Below, one piece after another: positions 22,700 through 33,625 of a stretch of 34,888 nt of DNA (positions within the stretch are counted from its first letter, which is position 1; every line of letters starts with the position of its first letter). The stretch is from assembly GCF_001194135.2 (NCBI RefSeq), contig NC_068981.1, positions 144,028,665 to 144,063,552 on the forward strand, in the 5' to 3' direction. Source of the DNA: Octopus bimaculoides (lineage: Eukaryota). Position numbers and translations under genes: made by a program. Under the pieces are notes generated by a model that was not told the DNA's origin, ran no database searches, and saw nothing but the letters and a program-made list of their open reading frames with translations.

Positions 22700-22840
22700 A
22701 TTTTTACTTCCGTTATCGACTCCGAAAGGATGAAAGACAAAAAAAAACTTCTGCGAGATTTGAGCTCAGAGCCCAGTGAGCTAAAGTAATAAGATTTAAG
22801 GTATCCAATCCGATGTTCTAACGACTGTGCCGTCTTACTG
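22700..22840 (-). mobile_element. Degenerate family-B-like SINE fragment
   Basis: ttatcgactccgaaaggatgaaag...gagatttgagctcag. Confidence 0.6.
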
Positions 22841-22894
22841 TTAAATGTAACGATAGCAACAACAGCAACTATAAAAAAGAGTCAAGGGAAACTT

Positions 22895-23105
22895 TACTGG
22901 ATCGCTCGAACTGCTAGAAATAACCACACCTTCGTTTTAAATCACAACTTGAAGGTTTAAGAAAGACGATATCTAAGGCTACAATGGATCACGTAATCTT
23001 AAATACGTTACACCTGAATATTTTTAATCATTGGTCTGCTCAGTCACAACCAAACTTGGGATAAACAGGGACCACATCATCAATAACAACAACAACAATA
23101 AACTA
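22895..23105 (+). repeat. Dispersed repeat F, third copy with (CAA)n tail
   Basis: ctgctagaaata (22911), atggatcacgtaatcttaaatac, then (caa)n at about 23085-23100. Confidence 0.5.
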
Positions 23106-23204
23106 TAGTAACAGTAAACAAACAAAAACAACATTAAAATCAATAGCAAGCAGTGCAGCTGTAATAATTACCCCCAATTTAGGTCAAAGGTTACAAATTT
23201 TGAA

Positions 23205-23390
23205 GAAAGTGAATTGGTTAGTTACATCGACCACCCATTACTTGACTGATACTTTATTTTACTGACACTGAATGGGTTAAAAGGAAAGATTAGCCCGCTC
23301 GGGATTTGAACTCACAACGCAATGAGCTGAAACGAACATCGCACGGTATTTTATCCGATGCTCCGATTCTGCCAATCCATCACCTTGCAT
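23205..23390 (-). mobile_element. Degenerate family-B-like SINE
   Basis: ttacatcgacc...actgatactttatttt...gggatttgaactcacaacg...gattctgcca. Confidence 0.55.
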
Positions 23391-23435
23391 AGTGCTAGTA
23401 ATACTAATGTCTGGTGCAGTGATAACAGTTGCAAT

Positions 23436-23439
23436 AATG

Positions 23440-23493
<54 letters not shown>

Positions 23494-23508
23494 ATAGTAG
23501 TAGTAGTA
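23436..23508. repeat. (GTA)n microsatellite
   Basis: Read directly. Confidence 0.95.
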
Positions 23509-24811
23509 GCTCAAGCTGCAATAGTAACAGCAGTGATGGCTAAAACAGCAGCAGTGACAAAAGCAATAAACATGTTTAAAGATTATAATTATTTGGTTAA
23601 TGTTTAAGAGAACCTGTGAATTATGAGGTCAAAAGCTATAGCCTTCAGATTTCATATCTGAGGGGACCAAGTAATTGGACACAGAATGAGAAAAAAAAAC
23701 AAAATCAATAATAACAATAACAAATTAAATAAACTTTCATTAGTCATTGATTAGAGCAAAATGAAGCGAAGTTCAATAATTTATGGAACATTCTCGAAAA
23801 TTACCATTGTCTGCAGCAAAAATTCGCTTAACACCAAAAACGAAAAAAAAAGAAAGAAAGAAATGAAAAAAAGAAAAAATTATCGTGAAATTGCAAAATT
23901 TTAAATATTGTTAAATGCAAAAAAAAAAGGTAGAAACCATTTGGAAATTACAAAAGAAAACGATAAAATATTTATTTATTCATTCCTTTATTTACCCCCA
24001 CCCACCCAATACAGGTAGCAAAAACTAAAAGAGAAAAGAAAAGAAAAGATGCAAAATTCAATCATAATCTGTGGTTTCCGCTAATGTGTGACTATCCCTA
24101 TTGATTTTAAAAGAGCTTAAAAGAGCTTATTTGTGGTATTCATCCATGCTTTTCCTAAACATCGCATGGTTACATGGATTGGGCCAAAAATCCATTTAAC
24201 GTTAATATAGGCAGACTAAGAACTTGGGTCATATGAAGTCAGTTGAGCTTCTTAGTCTACACTTATCCCCCGCTCTTTATCCCTCTGTCTCATCTACCAT
24301 CTTCTCACCACAATCTTTACTCACCTTCCCATTACACTCCTTAATCGCCCAACACCCGTTCCCGCTCCTGGTTGCTGTGGTTTAGGGATTCCAAGATAGC
24401 TGATGTACTGTCAGCCGCCCAGACCTCTCTGAGGAACAAGGTTATCATGATTCTGTGAATTTTAGGACATCATTTGATGACAATTTTCTAAAATATATAA
24501 ACATACCTGTTTACATACATACATGTGTATGTGTGTGTGCGTGTGTGTTTGTGTAAAACATATTATATAATGTGGTTCTAGAAATATTCCATCTGAAAAA
24601 AGATGTGACCGTAATGCTTCCTATATATTTGCTCATAAGTTAACTTGATTAGGGCAAAACAGCAACAACAACAATAATAACCACATGTGTCATGTAGTTT
24701 ACAGAGATTTTCACTACGGTTTGTCAAATTTTGTTTTTCTTCTAATTCTTCAACGTATGACCAGCGTCATTTTTGCCAGCATAGCGTTTTCTTTTGATTC
24801 TTCAGGAAATA

Positions 24812-25244
24812 ATCCTTTCTATTAAAGGCACTAGATCCGAAATTTTAGGTGAGGGGCTAGTCGATTACCTCACCCCCAGTGTTTAACTGGTAGTTATTTC
24901 ATCGAACTCCAGAAGGAAGAAAAGCAAAGTCGACCTCGGTGGAATTTGAACTCAGAACATGAAGATGGGCGATATGCCACTAAGCATTTTGTCCGGTGTA
25001 CTAACGCTTCTTAGTTTTTTATTGCCCACAAGGGGCTAAACATAGAGGGGACAAACAAGGACAGACAAAGGGATTAAGTCGATTGCATCGACCCCAGTGC
25101 GAAACTGGTACTTAATTTATCGACCCCGAAAGGATGAAAGGCAAATCGACCTCGGTGGAATTTGAACTCAGAACGAAACGGCAGACGAAATGCCGCTAAG
25201 CATTTCGCTCGGTGTGCTAACGCTTCTGCCAGCTCACCGCTTTA
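24812..25244 (-). mobile_element. Dimeric family-B SINE (b1 unit 25244-25012 fused to head-clipped b2 unit 25011-24812)
   Basis: Two B bodies in tandem with only one complete head. The pair is flanked by attcttca(g/a)gaaata at 24797-24811 and 25245-25259. Confidence 0.85.
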
Positions 25245-25851
25245 ATTCTTCAAGAAATAGTCAATCACGATTCACGATTTCCCCTATGATTTCACACATT
25301 TAGAGAAAATTAAATAATGACTTCTAACAGTGACATAATGCACAAAACCTTGATAACAAGTTACATTAGATTTAACCGACCCCCACGGAATGACTGGTAA
25401 TTATTTTATCAGTCTCCTCCACCAAAAAAGGAATGTGGGATTTGATCTTAGAATATTAAGCGTTGTAGTTAAATGCTGTAAGACATTCAGCCGGTGGGGG
25501 GGGATTCTTCAACTCCACCGGCATGCTCAGGTATTAATAAAAGCGACTGATGTGTAGCTTTTCTTTTGGAGCGACTGAAGAGATTTATATGACATATTAT
25601 TCGTACTTCGGTTGTAAATTTAATATATTCATAAAGGTGGTAGCTATTATATATGCAATATAGTTACATCAAATCTCGTTAACAAACGTGTTTTCTTTTA
25701 TCCAAAATATTTGAATTTATATGCCAAATATTTTTTGACGAAAATTACATAATTTTAGAGAAATATTGTTGCATACCATTATATGTGCGTGTGTGTGTAT
25801 AAAAATACATATATATCTTTAACAAATATGTAAACATACGTGCGTGTGTGT

Positions 25852-26068
25852 GAAGTCGTCTGGCTTAGTGGTTAGGGTATTCGGCTCACGATCGCAAGGT
25901 CATGAGTTCAATTCCCGGCAACGCATTGTGTCCTTGAGCAAGACACTTTATTTCACGTTACTCCAGTCCACTCAGCTGGCTAAAATGAGAAGTGTCAGTA
26001 TTTCAAAAGGCCAGCCTTGTCACATTCAGTGTATCACGCTGAATCTCTCTGAGAACTACGTTAAGTGT
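25852..26068 (+). mobile_element. tRNA-derived CORE-like SINE (family C) sharing the family D tail
   Basis: A-box tggcttagtggtt, B-box gagttcaattccc, CORE-like tgtgtccttgagcaagacactt...cagtccactcagctg, then aaagg(g)ccagccttgtcaca...cacgctgaat...gagaactacgttaag as in D. Confidence 0.85.
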
Positions 26069-26120
<52 letters not shown>

Positions 26121-26174
26121 AAAGAAGAACCCTCTGCAGTTCGACAGAAAAGTCGAGAAGAACTCACGACCCGA

Positions 26175-27200
26175 TGATTTTCTATTCTATCCATCCCAGG
26201 ATAACAAGACTGGTGTACCTTAGCAAAGACCTGGAAGCGAAATACTTTACTTAACGCAAATAGGTTAGGCATTGTTAGTTAACAAAATGTCTAGCGTGAT
26301 ATTTTAACACTTTTCGTTAGATATTGTAAAGATGTTTACTGAAGTTAAGGAGTTGGACTATTTTAGAGTATTAAGTCTAGCATGGAATTATGGGATAAAC
26401 TTAGGGACATGAAAATAATTAGGATGTAGCATATGTATGAGTTTTGTACACAGTATGCAAATTTAGATTTAAAACTGTTAGAAGGAATACATAAATTAAT
26501 AGACTAGTGCATTGAGTTAAATATAATTATATTTTGAATGTGAATATAGAGGGATTTATGCCAAATATAAGAGATAAGTGGGTTTAATAAAAGAGTTAAC
26601 CAAGTTTGTATAAGATAGTGCTTACGTTTCATTTGCGAATAAAGTATTCAGTGGCAATCACATTATCCTGTTATCCGACACGTTCTCAACGTCTGATGAA
26701 TTTAGTTATCTTTGAGATTCGAGCAAAAGTTAGAAATTAAATCTAGTTTGACAGTTGAGAGACTGCTGTAGATAAATAGATGACATTTTCGTCTTAATTT
26801 GGTGTTTCTTTTAATGTTTACTTTTCAAAATTTACCCTAGGGATATGAAGGTTAGCAGGTGTGGCAAGTAAGTTTATATGATTAATTATCTAGATGTTTC
26901 AGCTGAGATTTGCAACGAATCTATAATTATTAATGTGTACGAAAATAAGTTTAGCGAACTGAAACTTCAAGTAGTAACAATGTCTTAAGTTGAAAGCTAC
27001 ACGCCTAATAGGCTAGGATATACAGTGTTTGCAGCGCAAATAATACTGTTTGGAAAAATAACTAGTATAAAGCAATTTCTGTTTGAAGTTACTAACAATC
27101 TTATTATGCATATGGTTAAGCAACATTTTAAAACTAAAAGATTAATTAAGAAATTTAATTGTAGTCTCGATTTACATAGTGATATTTTTGACTATATTCG
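26175..27200 (+). pseudogene. Penelope-like retroelement RT relic (type 2, Naiad/Hydra-like by inference)
   Basis: IKSSMELWDKL, YEFCTQYANL (26436), DSAYVSFANKVF (26614), CR*IDDIF (26770-26790), KIYPRDM, NYLDV, GYTVFAAQIILF, MVKQHFKTKRL. Order and spacing match the FDFSTLYT / DNIYV.FG.KVF / RYIDD / IYP.EL / YLDL / AYGV..SQLIRY PLE RT signature. Many stops. Confidence 0.75.
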
Positions 27201-27781
27201 AGGTTATATCAGACTTGCAAGACTAGAGCGATATTGTTACTATATTAATCTTTATATCTTAATATTTTGATTAGAATGTTTCCTTGGGTTGCTTTGCAAG
27301 TCTTACACACGTAATAGTTTTGTTTCTTTTCTCATTAGCTATTCTTCAAGCATCGTGCTTAATTGGCATCTGCGACTCCTGATTAGGGTTATAACTTTCT
27401 CTTCTCACGTGGAAGAAATAATANNNNNNNNNNNNNNNNNNNNNNNNNNNNNNNNNNNNNNNNNNNNNNNNNNNNNNNNNNNNNNNNNNNNNNNNNNNNN
27501 NNNNNNNNNNNNNNNNNNNNNNNCACACACACACACACACACACCACACACACAAACACACATTCTCATATACGCACATACACAAACATCTATCCACTAT
27601 ATTGTTCTTTATACATTACAACGTGTGTAATACATAGCAACATTAATAATACATTATATGTGTGTGTGTATGCGTGCATCTCCAACTTAGTTTATATATG
27701 TATGGGTGTATATATATTTATATTTGTATGGGTGTGTATAAATGTAAGATCTAGAGATTGTATATATATATATATATATAT

Positions 27782-27962
27782 TCTTTTACTCTTATTCTTT
27801 CACTTGTTTCAGTCACTTGACTACGGCCATGCTACAGCGCCACCTTTATTCAAACAAATCGACCGTAGGACTTATTCTTTTCAAGTCTAGTACTTATTCA
27901 TTCGGTCTCCTTTTGCCGAACCGCTACTTGACAGGGACGTAAACACACCGACATCGGTTGTC
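27782..27962 (-). mobile_element. SINE family A 3' half
   Basis: cttgtttcagtcacttgactacggccatgct...tagtacttattc...ttttgccgaaccgct...gtaaacacaccgacatcggttgtca. Confidence 0.88.
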
Positions 27963-27964
27963 AT

Positions 27965-28002
<38 letters not shown>

Positions 28003-28365
28003 NNNNNNNNNNNNNNNNNNNNNNNNNNNNNNNNNNNNNNNNNNNNNNNNNNNNNNNNNNNNNNNNNNNNNNNNNNNNNNNNNNNNNNNNNNNNNNNNNN
28101 NNNNNNNNNNNNNNNNNNNNNNNNNNNNNNNNNNNNNNNNNNNNNNNNNNNNNNNNNNNNNNNNNNNNNNNNNNNNNNNNNNNNNNNNNNNNNNNNNNNN
28201 NNNNNNNNNNNNNNNNNNNNNNNNNNNNNNNNNNNNNNNNNNNNNNNNNNNNNNNNNNNNNNNNNNNNNNNNNNNNNNNNNNNNNNNNNNNNNNNNNNNN
28301 NNNNNNNNNNNNNNNNNNNNNNNNNNNNNNNNNNNNNNNNNNNNNNGGGGACAAAAAATATAGGA

Positions 28366-29516
28366 CGGGGTTGGACAAAATAATGGAAAAACCTAGCATC
28401 ATAGCATCATAATTTTGAAATATCTATAAAACCGTCAAAAGTTGTTTATTTTTATGATTTTTTTATTTATTATTAGTGTTGCTTTGTATGTTTTGCGAAA
28501 AATTGCAGTTTCTTTTCACATATCATCGGAAAAAGGTAATTAAAATTCATTAAAATGACAGATCTATCGGATTTTCAAAGAGGTCAAATTGTTGGTGCTC
28601 GTATGGTAGGCGCTAGCGTAACGGAAACAGCCGAAATGTTTGGTGTATCAAGAAGTACTGTCTCGAAAGTAATGACAGCCTTTGAGAAAGATAGGAAAAC
28701 TTCCGCGTCGAAACAAAACTCTGGAAGAAAACTTTCAGATAGAGACCATCGGACTCTTGCGCAAATTGTTAGAAAGGATCACAAAGGTACAGCTCCCAAA
28801 ATTACTGCAGAGCTTAATGACCACCTCGTGAACCCAGTATCCACAAAAGCTATTACCGGGGGCTGCACAAGGCCGGCTTTCACGGGAGGGCTACAATAAG
28901 AAAACCACTACTTTCAAAAACAAACGTGTGGAGACAGCCAAAAGAAGCATTTGACCCAGATTGCCTTCTTCCAACTGTTAAACCTGGAGGAGGATCTGTG
29001 ATGATCGGTGGGGGAGGGCTATATCATGGAAATCTGCCGGCCCAATGGTTTCCCTTCATGGCAGAATTAATAGAGAAGGCTATTTAAGCATTTTATCTGA
29101 TCAAATTCATCCTTTGGCTGCGGAACTGTTTCCGTAGGGAAACGCAATCTTTCAGAATGATAATGAAGCAATTCACACAGCTAAAGTTGTTACTGAATGG
29201 CACGATGAAAATTCTAGTGAAATTGAACATCCTATCTGGACCCCACAGTCCTCAGATTTCAATATTATTGAACATTTATGGTGCATTTTAGAAAAACAAG
29301 TAAGGAGTCGATATCCTCCACTATCATCACTACAATAACTAGAGACTATTTTAGATGAAGAATGGACAAAAATTCCTTTGAAAATAATTCAAATTTTGCT
29401 CGAGTCCATACCTCTTAGAATTCAAGCTGTAATTACTGCCAAAGGCGGTCCTACCCCGTATTAAAATAAATTTGTTTGAAATTTTAAGGTGTTTCCATTA
29501 TTTTGTCCACCCCCTG
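28366..29516 (+). mobile_element. Tc1-family transposon, near full length, D36E catalytic spacing
   Basis: TIRs cggggttggacaaaataatggaaaaacc (28366-28393) and ggtgtttccattattttgtccaccccctg (29488-29516), with TA at 29517-29518. Confidence 0.95.
28555..29464 (+). pseudogene. Tc1 transposase pseudogene
   Basis: MTDLSDFQRGQIVGAR...KPLLSKTN/VWRQPKEAFDPDCLLPTVKPGGGSVM...FQNDNEAIH...QSSDFNIIEHLW...KGGPTPY*. It has frameshifts near 28856 and 29015, internal stops and a deletion at about 28925 that removes the first catalytic Asp region. Confidence 0.93.
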
Positions 29517-29945
29517 TATACACACGCGCGCGCGCATACATACATATATACATATTAGAAATATAAAAAAAAGAAATAATTCTTTGTGAATTTTATCATA
29601 GACAAAATATTTATATTCATATTTTGTATCAAAATACGGTAACGGTTTCAATCGTTTTATAAGTCTTTTCAATCATACTGTAAGAGAAAGGAGGAAAAAC
29701 TGAAATAAACTAAATTGAATTAATCTTTCACGGGAACCATTTCTGGATGTGCTTATGTTTTTCTCACAAAATTCGCATGGTTTCTGGTAACTGGTATTTA
29801 CGAACATTCGTTTATGAACCCCGAAATACAACAATGCGAACCTTATATGCAATGAATGTCGTCTCTGAACATGACACATCTATTTACACATTTACTTCCG
29901 CGCCGCCTCACTATACCCTAAATGCACATCAAACCAAAATAAATC

Positions 29946-29987
29946 ATGTCTGATGAAAGCAAGGCAGCTGAAACTTCGTAGTCACGT
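29946..29987 (+). ncRNA. Minimal type-I hammerhead-ribozyme-like motif
   Basis: Stem I atgt/acgt; CUGAUGA 29950-29956 + extra A; stem II agc/gct with loop aaggca; GAAA 29970-29973; stem III ACU/AGU with loop UCGU; GUC triplet 29981-29983. Confidence 0.55.
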
Positions 29988-30029
29988 TCAATATTTTTCT
30001 TGTAAAATATATGTGTGTGCGTGCGTGTG

Positions 30030-30073
<44 letters not shown>

Positions 30074-30140
30074 AACGATCTTCAGCATTCTCTATACGAC
30101 CTGCTGCCGTTAAGTAGATAATTGGAATGTCAGCTGCCAA

Positions 30141-30376
30141 AAGCCGGCGAGCTGGCGGAAACGTTAGCACGCCGGGCGAAATGCTTAGCGGTATTTCGTC
30201 TGTCTTTATGTTCTGAATTCAAATTCCGCCGAGGTCTACTTTGCCTTTCATCCTTTCGGGGTTAATTAATTGAGTACCAGTTGCATACTGGGTCGATTTG
30301 TTCGACTTAAGGCCTTGCTCCAGCATGGCCGCAGTCAAATGATAGAAACAAGTAAAATAATAAAGAATAAAAGAAT
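30141..30376 (+). mobile_element. Chimeric SINE: family B 5' part + family A 3' end
   Basis: B sequence runs up to ctgggtcgat (30288-30297), then ttgttcgact...gctccagcatggccgcagtcaaatga...aaagaataaaagaat, which is the A tail. Confidence 0.88.
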
Positions 30377-31149
30377 ATATATATATAGAGAGAGAGAGAG
30401 ACAGACAGAGACAGATACATACATACACCCATACATACACACACACATACACACACACACGCATGCGCACACACGCACACACACACACACACACATATCT
30501 CTCGCTCTCTCTCTCTCTCTCTGTATATATATATATATATATATATATANNNNNNNNNNNNNNNNNNNNNNNNNNNNNNNNNNNNNNNNNNNNNNNNNNN
30601 NNNNNNNNNNNNNNNNNNNNNNNNNNNNNNNNNNNNNNNNNNNNNNNNNNNNNNNNNNNNNNNNNNNNNNNNNNNNNNNNNNNNNNNNNNNNNNNNNNNN
30701 NNNNNNNNNNNNNNNNNNNNNNNNNNNNNNNNNNNNNNNNNNNNNNNNNNNNNNNNNNNNNNNNNNNNNNNNNNNNNNNNNNNNNNNNNNNNNNNNNNNN
30801 NNNNNNNNNNNNNNNNNNNNNNNNNNNNNNNNNNNNNNNNNNNNNNNNNNNNNNNNNNNNNNNNNNNNNNNNNNNNNNNNNNNNNNNNNNNNNNNNNNNN
30901 NNNNNNNNNNNNNNNNNNNNNNNNNNNNNNNNNNNNNNNNNNNNNNNNNNNNNNNNNNNNNNNNNNNNNNNNNNNNNNNNNNNNNNNNNNNNNNNNNNNN
31001 NNNNNNNNNNNNNNNNNNNNNNNNNNNNNNNNNNNNNNNNNNNNNNNNNNNNNNACACACAAAATACTTGTCAGATTGTAGGTGTGCGCGCTATGTTCTG
31101 AAGTAGGAACTTAATTCAAATATAATTAATGACGATACAAATATTTACG

Positions 31150-31184
31150 CCCGTTTTGATTGTTGTTGTTGTTGGTGGTGGTGG

Positions 31185-31245
<61 letters not shown>

Positions 31246-31305
31246 GCTGTTGTTGATGATAATGATGATGATTCTGGTGGTGGTGGCGGTGGTGATGATG
31301 ATGAT
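31150..31305. repeat. Compound (GTT)n/(GGT)n/(GAT)n microsatellite
   Basis: Read directly. Confidence 0.95.
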
Positions 31306-31691
31306 AAACGGCGGTGACTACGAGGACGATACTTTGTACTATCATTGACGACGGAATCTAAAGACTGTTTTACATCAGCTTCATTGTTAAGGCCTCTTTC
31401 AATTCTTAACTGCAGCTTAGAGTTGTCAGAGATTCAAGTAAATCGCTGGAATCAAAGATAAACTCAATAACAACAAAAGAAAAGTACGAAGAAATATAAA
31501 CCAAAGCTACTTGGAGTTAAAATGGAACCTCTTGTGAATTGTTTAATGGAAGCGATTTCTCTGATAAGAAATTATTTCTAAAAAGACATAGACTAATACG
31601 ATCATGTTTGCCTACCGTATTTAACTATTCGTGTTCTTGTGACATGTTGTCAAATTATACTACTTACTTGCTGATATTCAAATTAAGACGA

Positions 31692-31693
<2 letters not shown>

Positions 31694-31787
<94 letters not shown>

Positions 31788-32229
31788 CTCGCTCTCGCTC
31801 TCTCTCTCGCTCTCGCTCTCTTTCTTCCCCTCTCTCTTTCCCTTCCTTCACTTTCTTTCCCTCTCCCCTTTTCCTCTTTTTCTCTCTGTTTCGTTCTCCC
31901 TCTCTCCTACTCTCTGTCTCTTTTGCTCTGTCTTTCTTTCTCTCCTTCTTTCTCTCCATCTTACCGCTCTCTCTCCCTCTCTCTCTCTCCCTCTCTCTCT
32001 CTCCCTCTCTCTCTCTCCTTCTCCCTCCTTCTCTCTCTTTCTTTCTCTTATTCTTTCCTTCTCACTCCTTTTCCCTCTCCCTCTCTCCTTCTCCCTCTCT
32101 CTCTTTTCTTTTCCTTCTTTCTTTTCCACTGGCTCTTTCGTTCTGTATTTCTTTTCCCCTTCTCTCTCTCCTTCTTACCACTCTCTCTCCTTCTCTCTCT
32201 CTCCCTCTCTCTCCTTCTCTCTCTCTCCC

Positions 32230-32276
<47 letters not shown>

Positions 32277-32290
32277 TGCCTTTCTCTCTC
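31694..32290. repeat. About 600-bp polypyrimidine/(CT)n tract
   Basis: Almost purely C/T on the + strand. Pure (CT)n at 31694-31784, degenerate afterwards. Confidence 0.95.
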
Positions 32291-33273
32291 TACACACACG
32301 CATGCGTGCATATAAACGGATTGGCAACTTGTTACTCTGAGATTGGTTACGTTATGTAGACACCTTTGATGAAGTCACAATATGGTCGAAAATCAATTTA
32401 GGTTGTCCCACATTTTTTCAATCAAGAGAGAAATCGAGACCATNNNNNNNNNNNNNNNNNNNNNNNNNNNNNNNNNNNNNNNNNNNNNNNNNNNNNNNNN
32501 NNNNNNNNNNNNNNNNNNNNNNNNNNNNNNNNNNNNNNNNNNNNNNNNNNNNNNNNNNNNNNNNNNNNNNNNNNNNNNNNNNNNNNNNNNNNNNNNNNNN
32601 NNNNNNNNNNNNNNNNNNNNNNNNNNNNNNNNNNNNNNNNNNNNNNNNNNNNNNNNNNNNNNNNNNNNNNNNNNNNNNNNNNNNNNNNNNNNNNNNNNNN
32701 NNNNNNNNNNNNNNNNNNNNNNNNNNNNNNNNNNNNNNNNNNNNNNNNNNNNNNNNNNNNNATCCTGAGTGAGTGAGTGAAGAAATGAAGGTGGGAGAAA
32801 GAGGTAACTTTGAATTGTTTTTATGTGTAGTACATAGATTTACATATATCATACATTGGCATTGAGTGAACAGGGTTCCCTGTCGACAGGCTTTTTATAT
32901 CAAAGATATTGTTGAACTTCATAGTATGCAAATAGGTTTCCCCGCTTTTCTGGAGCTACTACAGTCGAAAATCGATTCAGGCAGTTCATTATTTATTCAA
33001 CCTACGAAGAAATAGGTAAATTTAACATGTTTCTATGGCTACTATGCAGATTTACAAATACAGACATTTACATATGTATCTGTATATGTGAGCGTGGTGT
33101 GCGCATACACACACACACACACATAACCCTCACGCACATATGCACATATATACACATATACACCCAAACACACAACGCACAAATACACAAAGTTCTGATG
33201 TACGATATAAAGGAAATATTTGTGGTCTTATCTCGAAAGAAGTCTTCGACTGTTGAACTGTATCTCTCTTCAG

Positions 33274-33356
33274 TCAATGTCAAAAAGTAGGATCCCTCTA
33301 TCGTCATCAATATAAAGCTATCTCTGGCGGGGAAATAGATATAAAGCATCTCGAAG
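33274..33356 (+). CDS. Candidate 83-bp exon, product unknown
   Basis: tatctctcttcag acceptor, aag|gtaacg donor. Open frame QCQKVGSLYRHQYKAISGGEIDIKHLE. Confidence 0.25.
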
Positions 33357-33392
33357 GTAACGAAAATCAAAAGCTATTTATATGTACGTGCA

Positions 33393-33443
<51 letters not shown>

Positions 33444-33459
33444 GCACACACACACACAT

Positions 33460-33490
<31 letters not shown>

Positions 33491-33507
33491 CACACAATAC
33501 AACACAT

Positions 33508-33625
33508 GCTTTGCCTTTCGTCTTTTCGGGGTCAATGAAATAAGTACCAGTTGAGCATTGGTGTCGACTTAATCGGCTTGTATTCTGCCTCACAATTGCT
33601 GGCCTTGTGCCAAAACTTGAAACCA
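33508..33625 (+). mobile_element. Family B SINE 3' part with a third tail variant (b3)
   Basis: tttgcctttcgtcttttcggggtcaatgaaataagtaccagttgagca...ggccttgtgccaaaacttgaaacc. Confidence 0.8.

Noticed and set aside
26201-26254. Apparent terminal exon ITRLVYLSKDLEAKYFT*
   Set aside because: It lies at the start of the PLE RT relic and is better explained as part of it.
26175-27200. Selenocysteine read-through, as reported for some Naiad elements
   Set aside because: The in-frame stops at motif positions are mostly TAA/TAG and there are frameshifts, which indicates ordinary decay.
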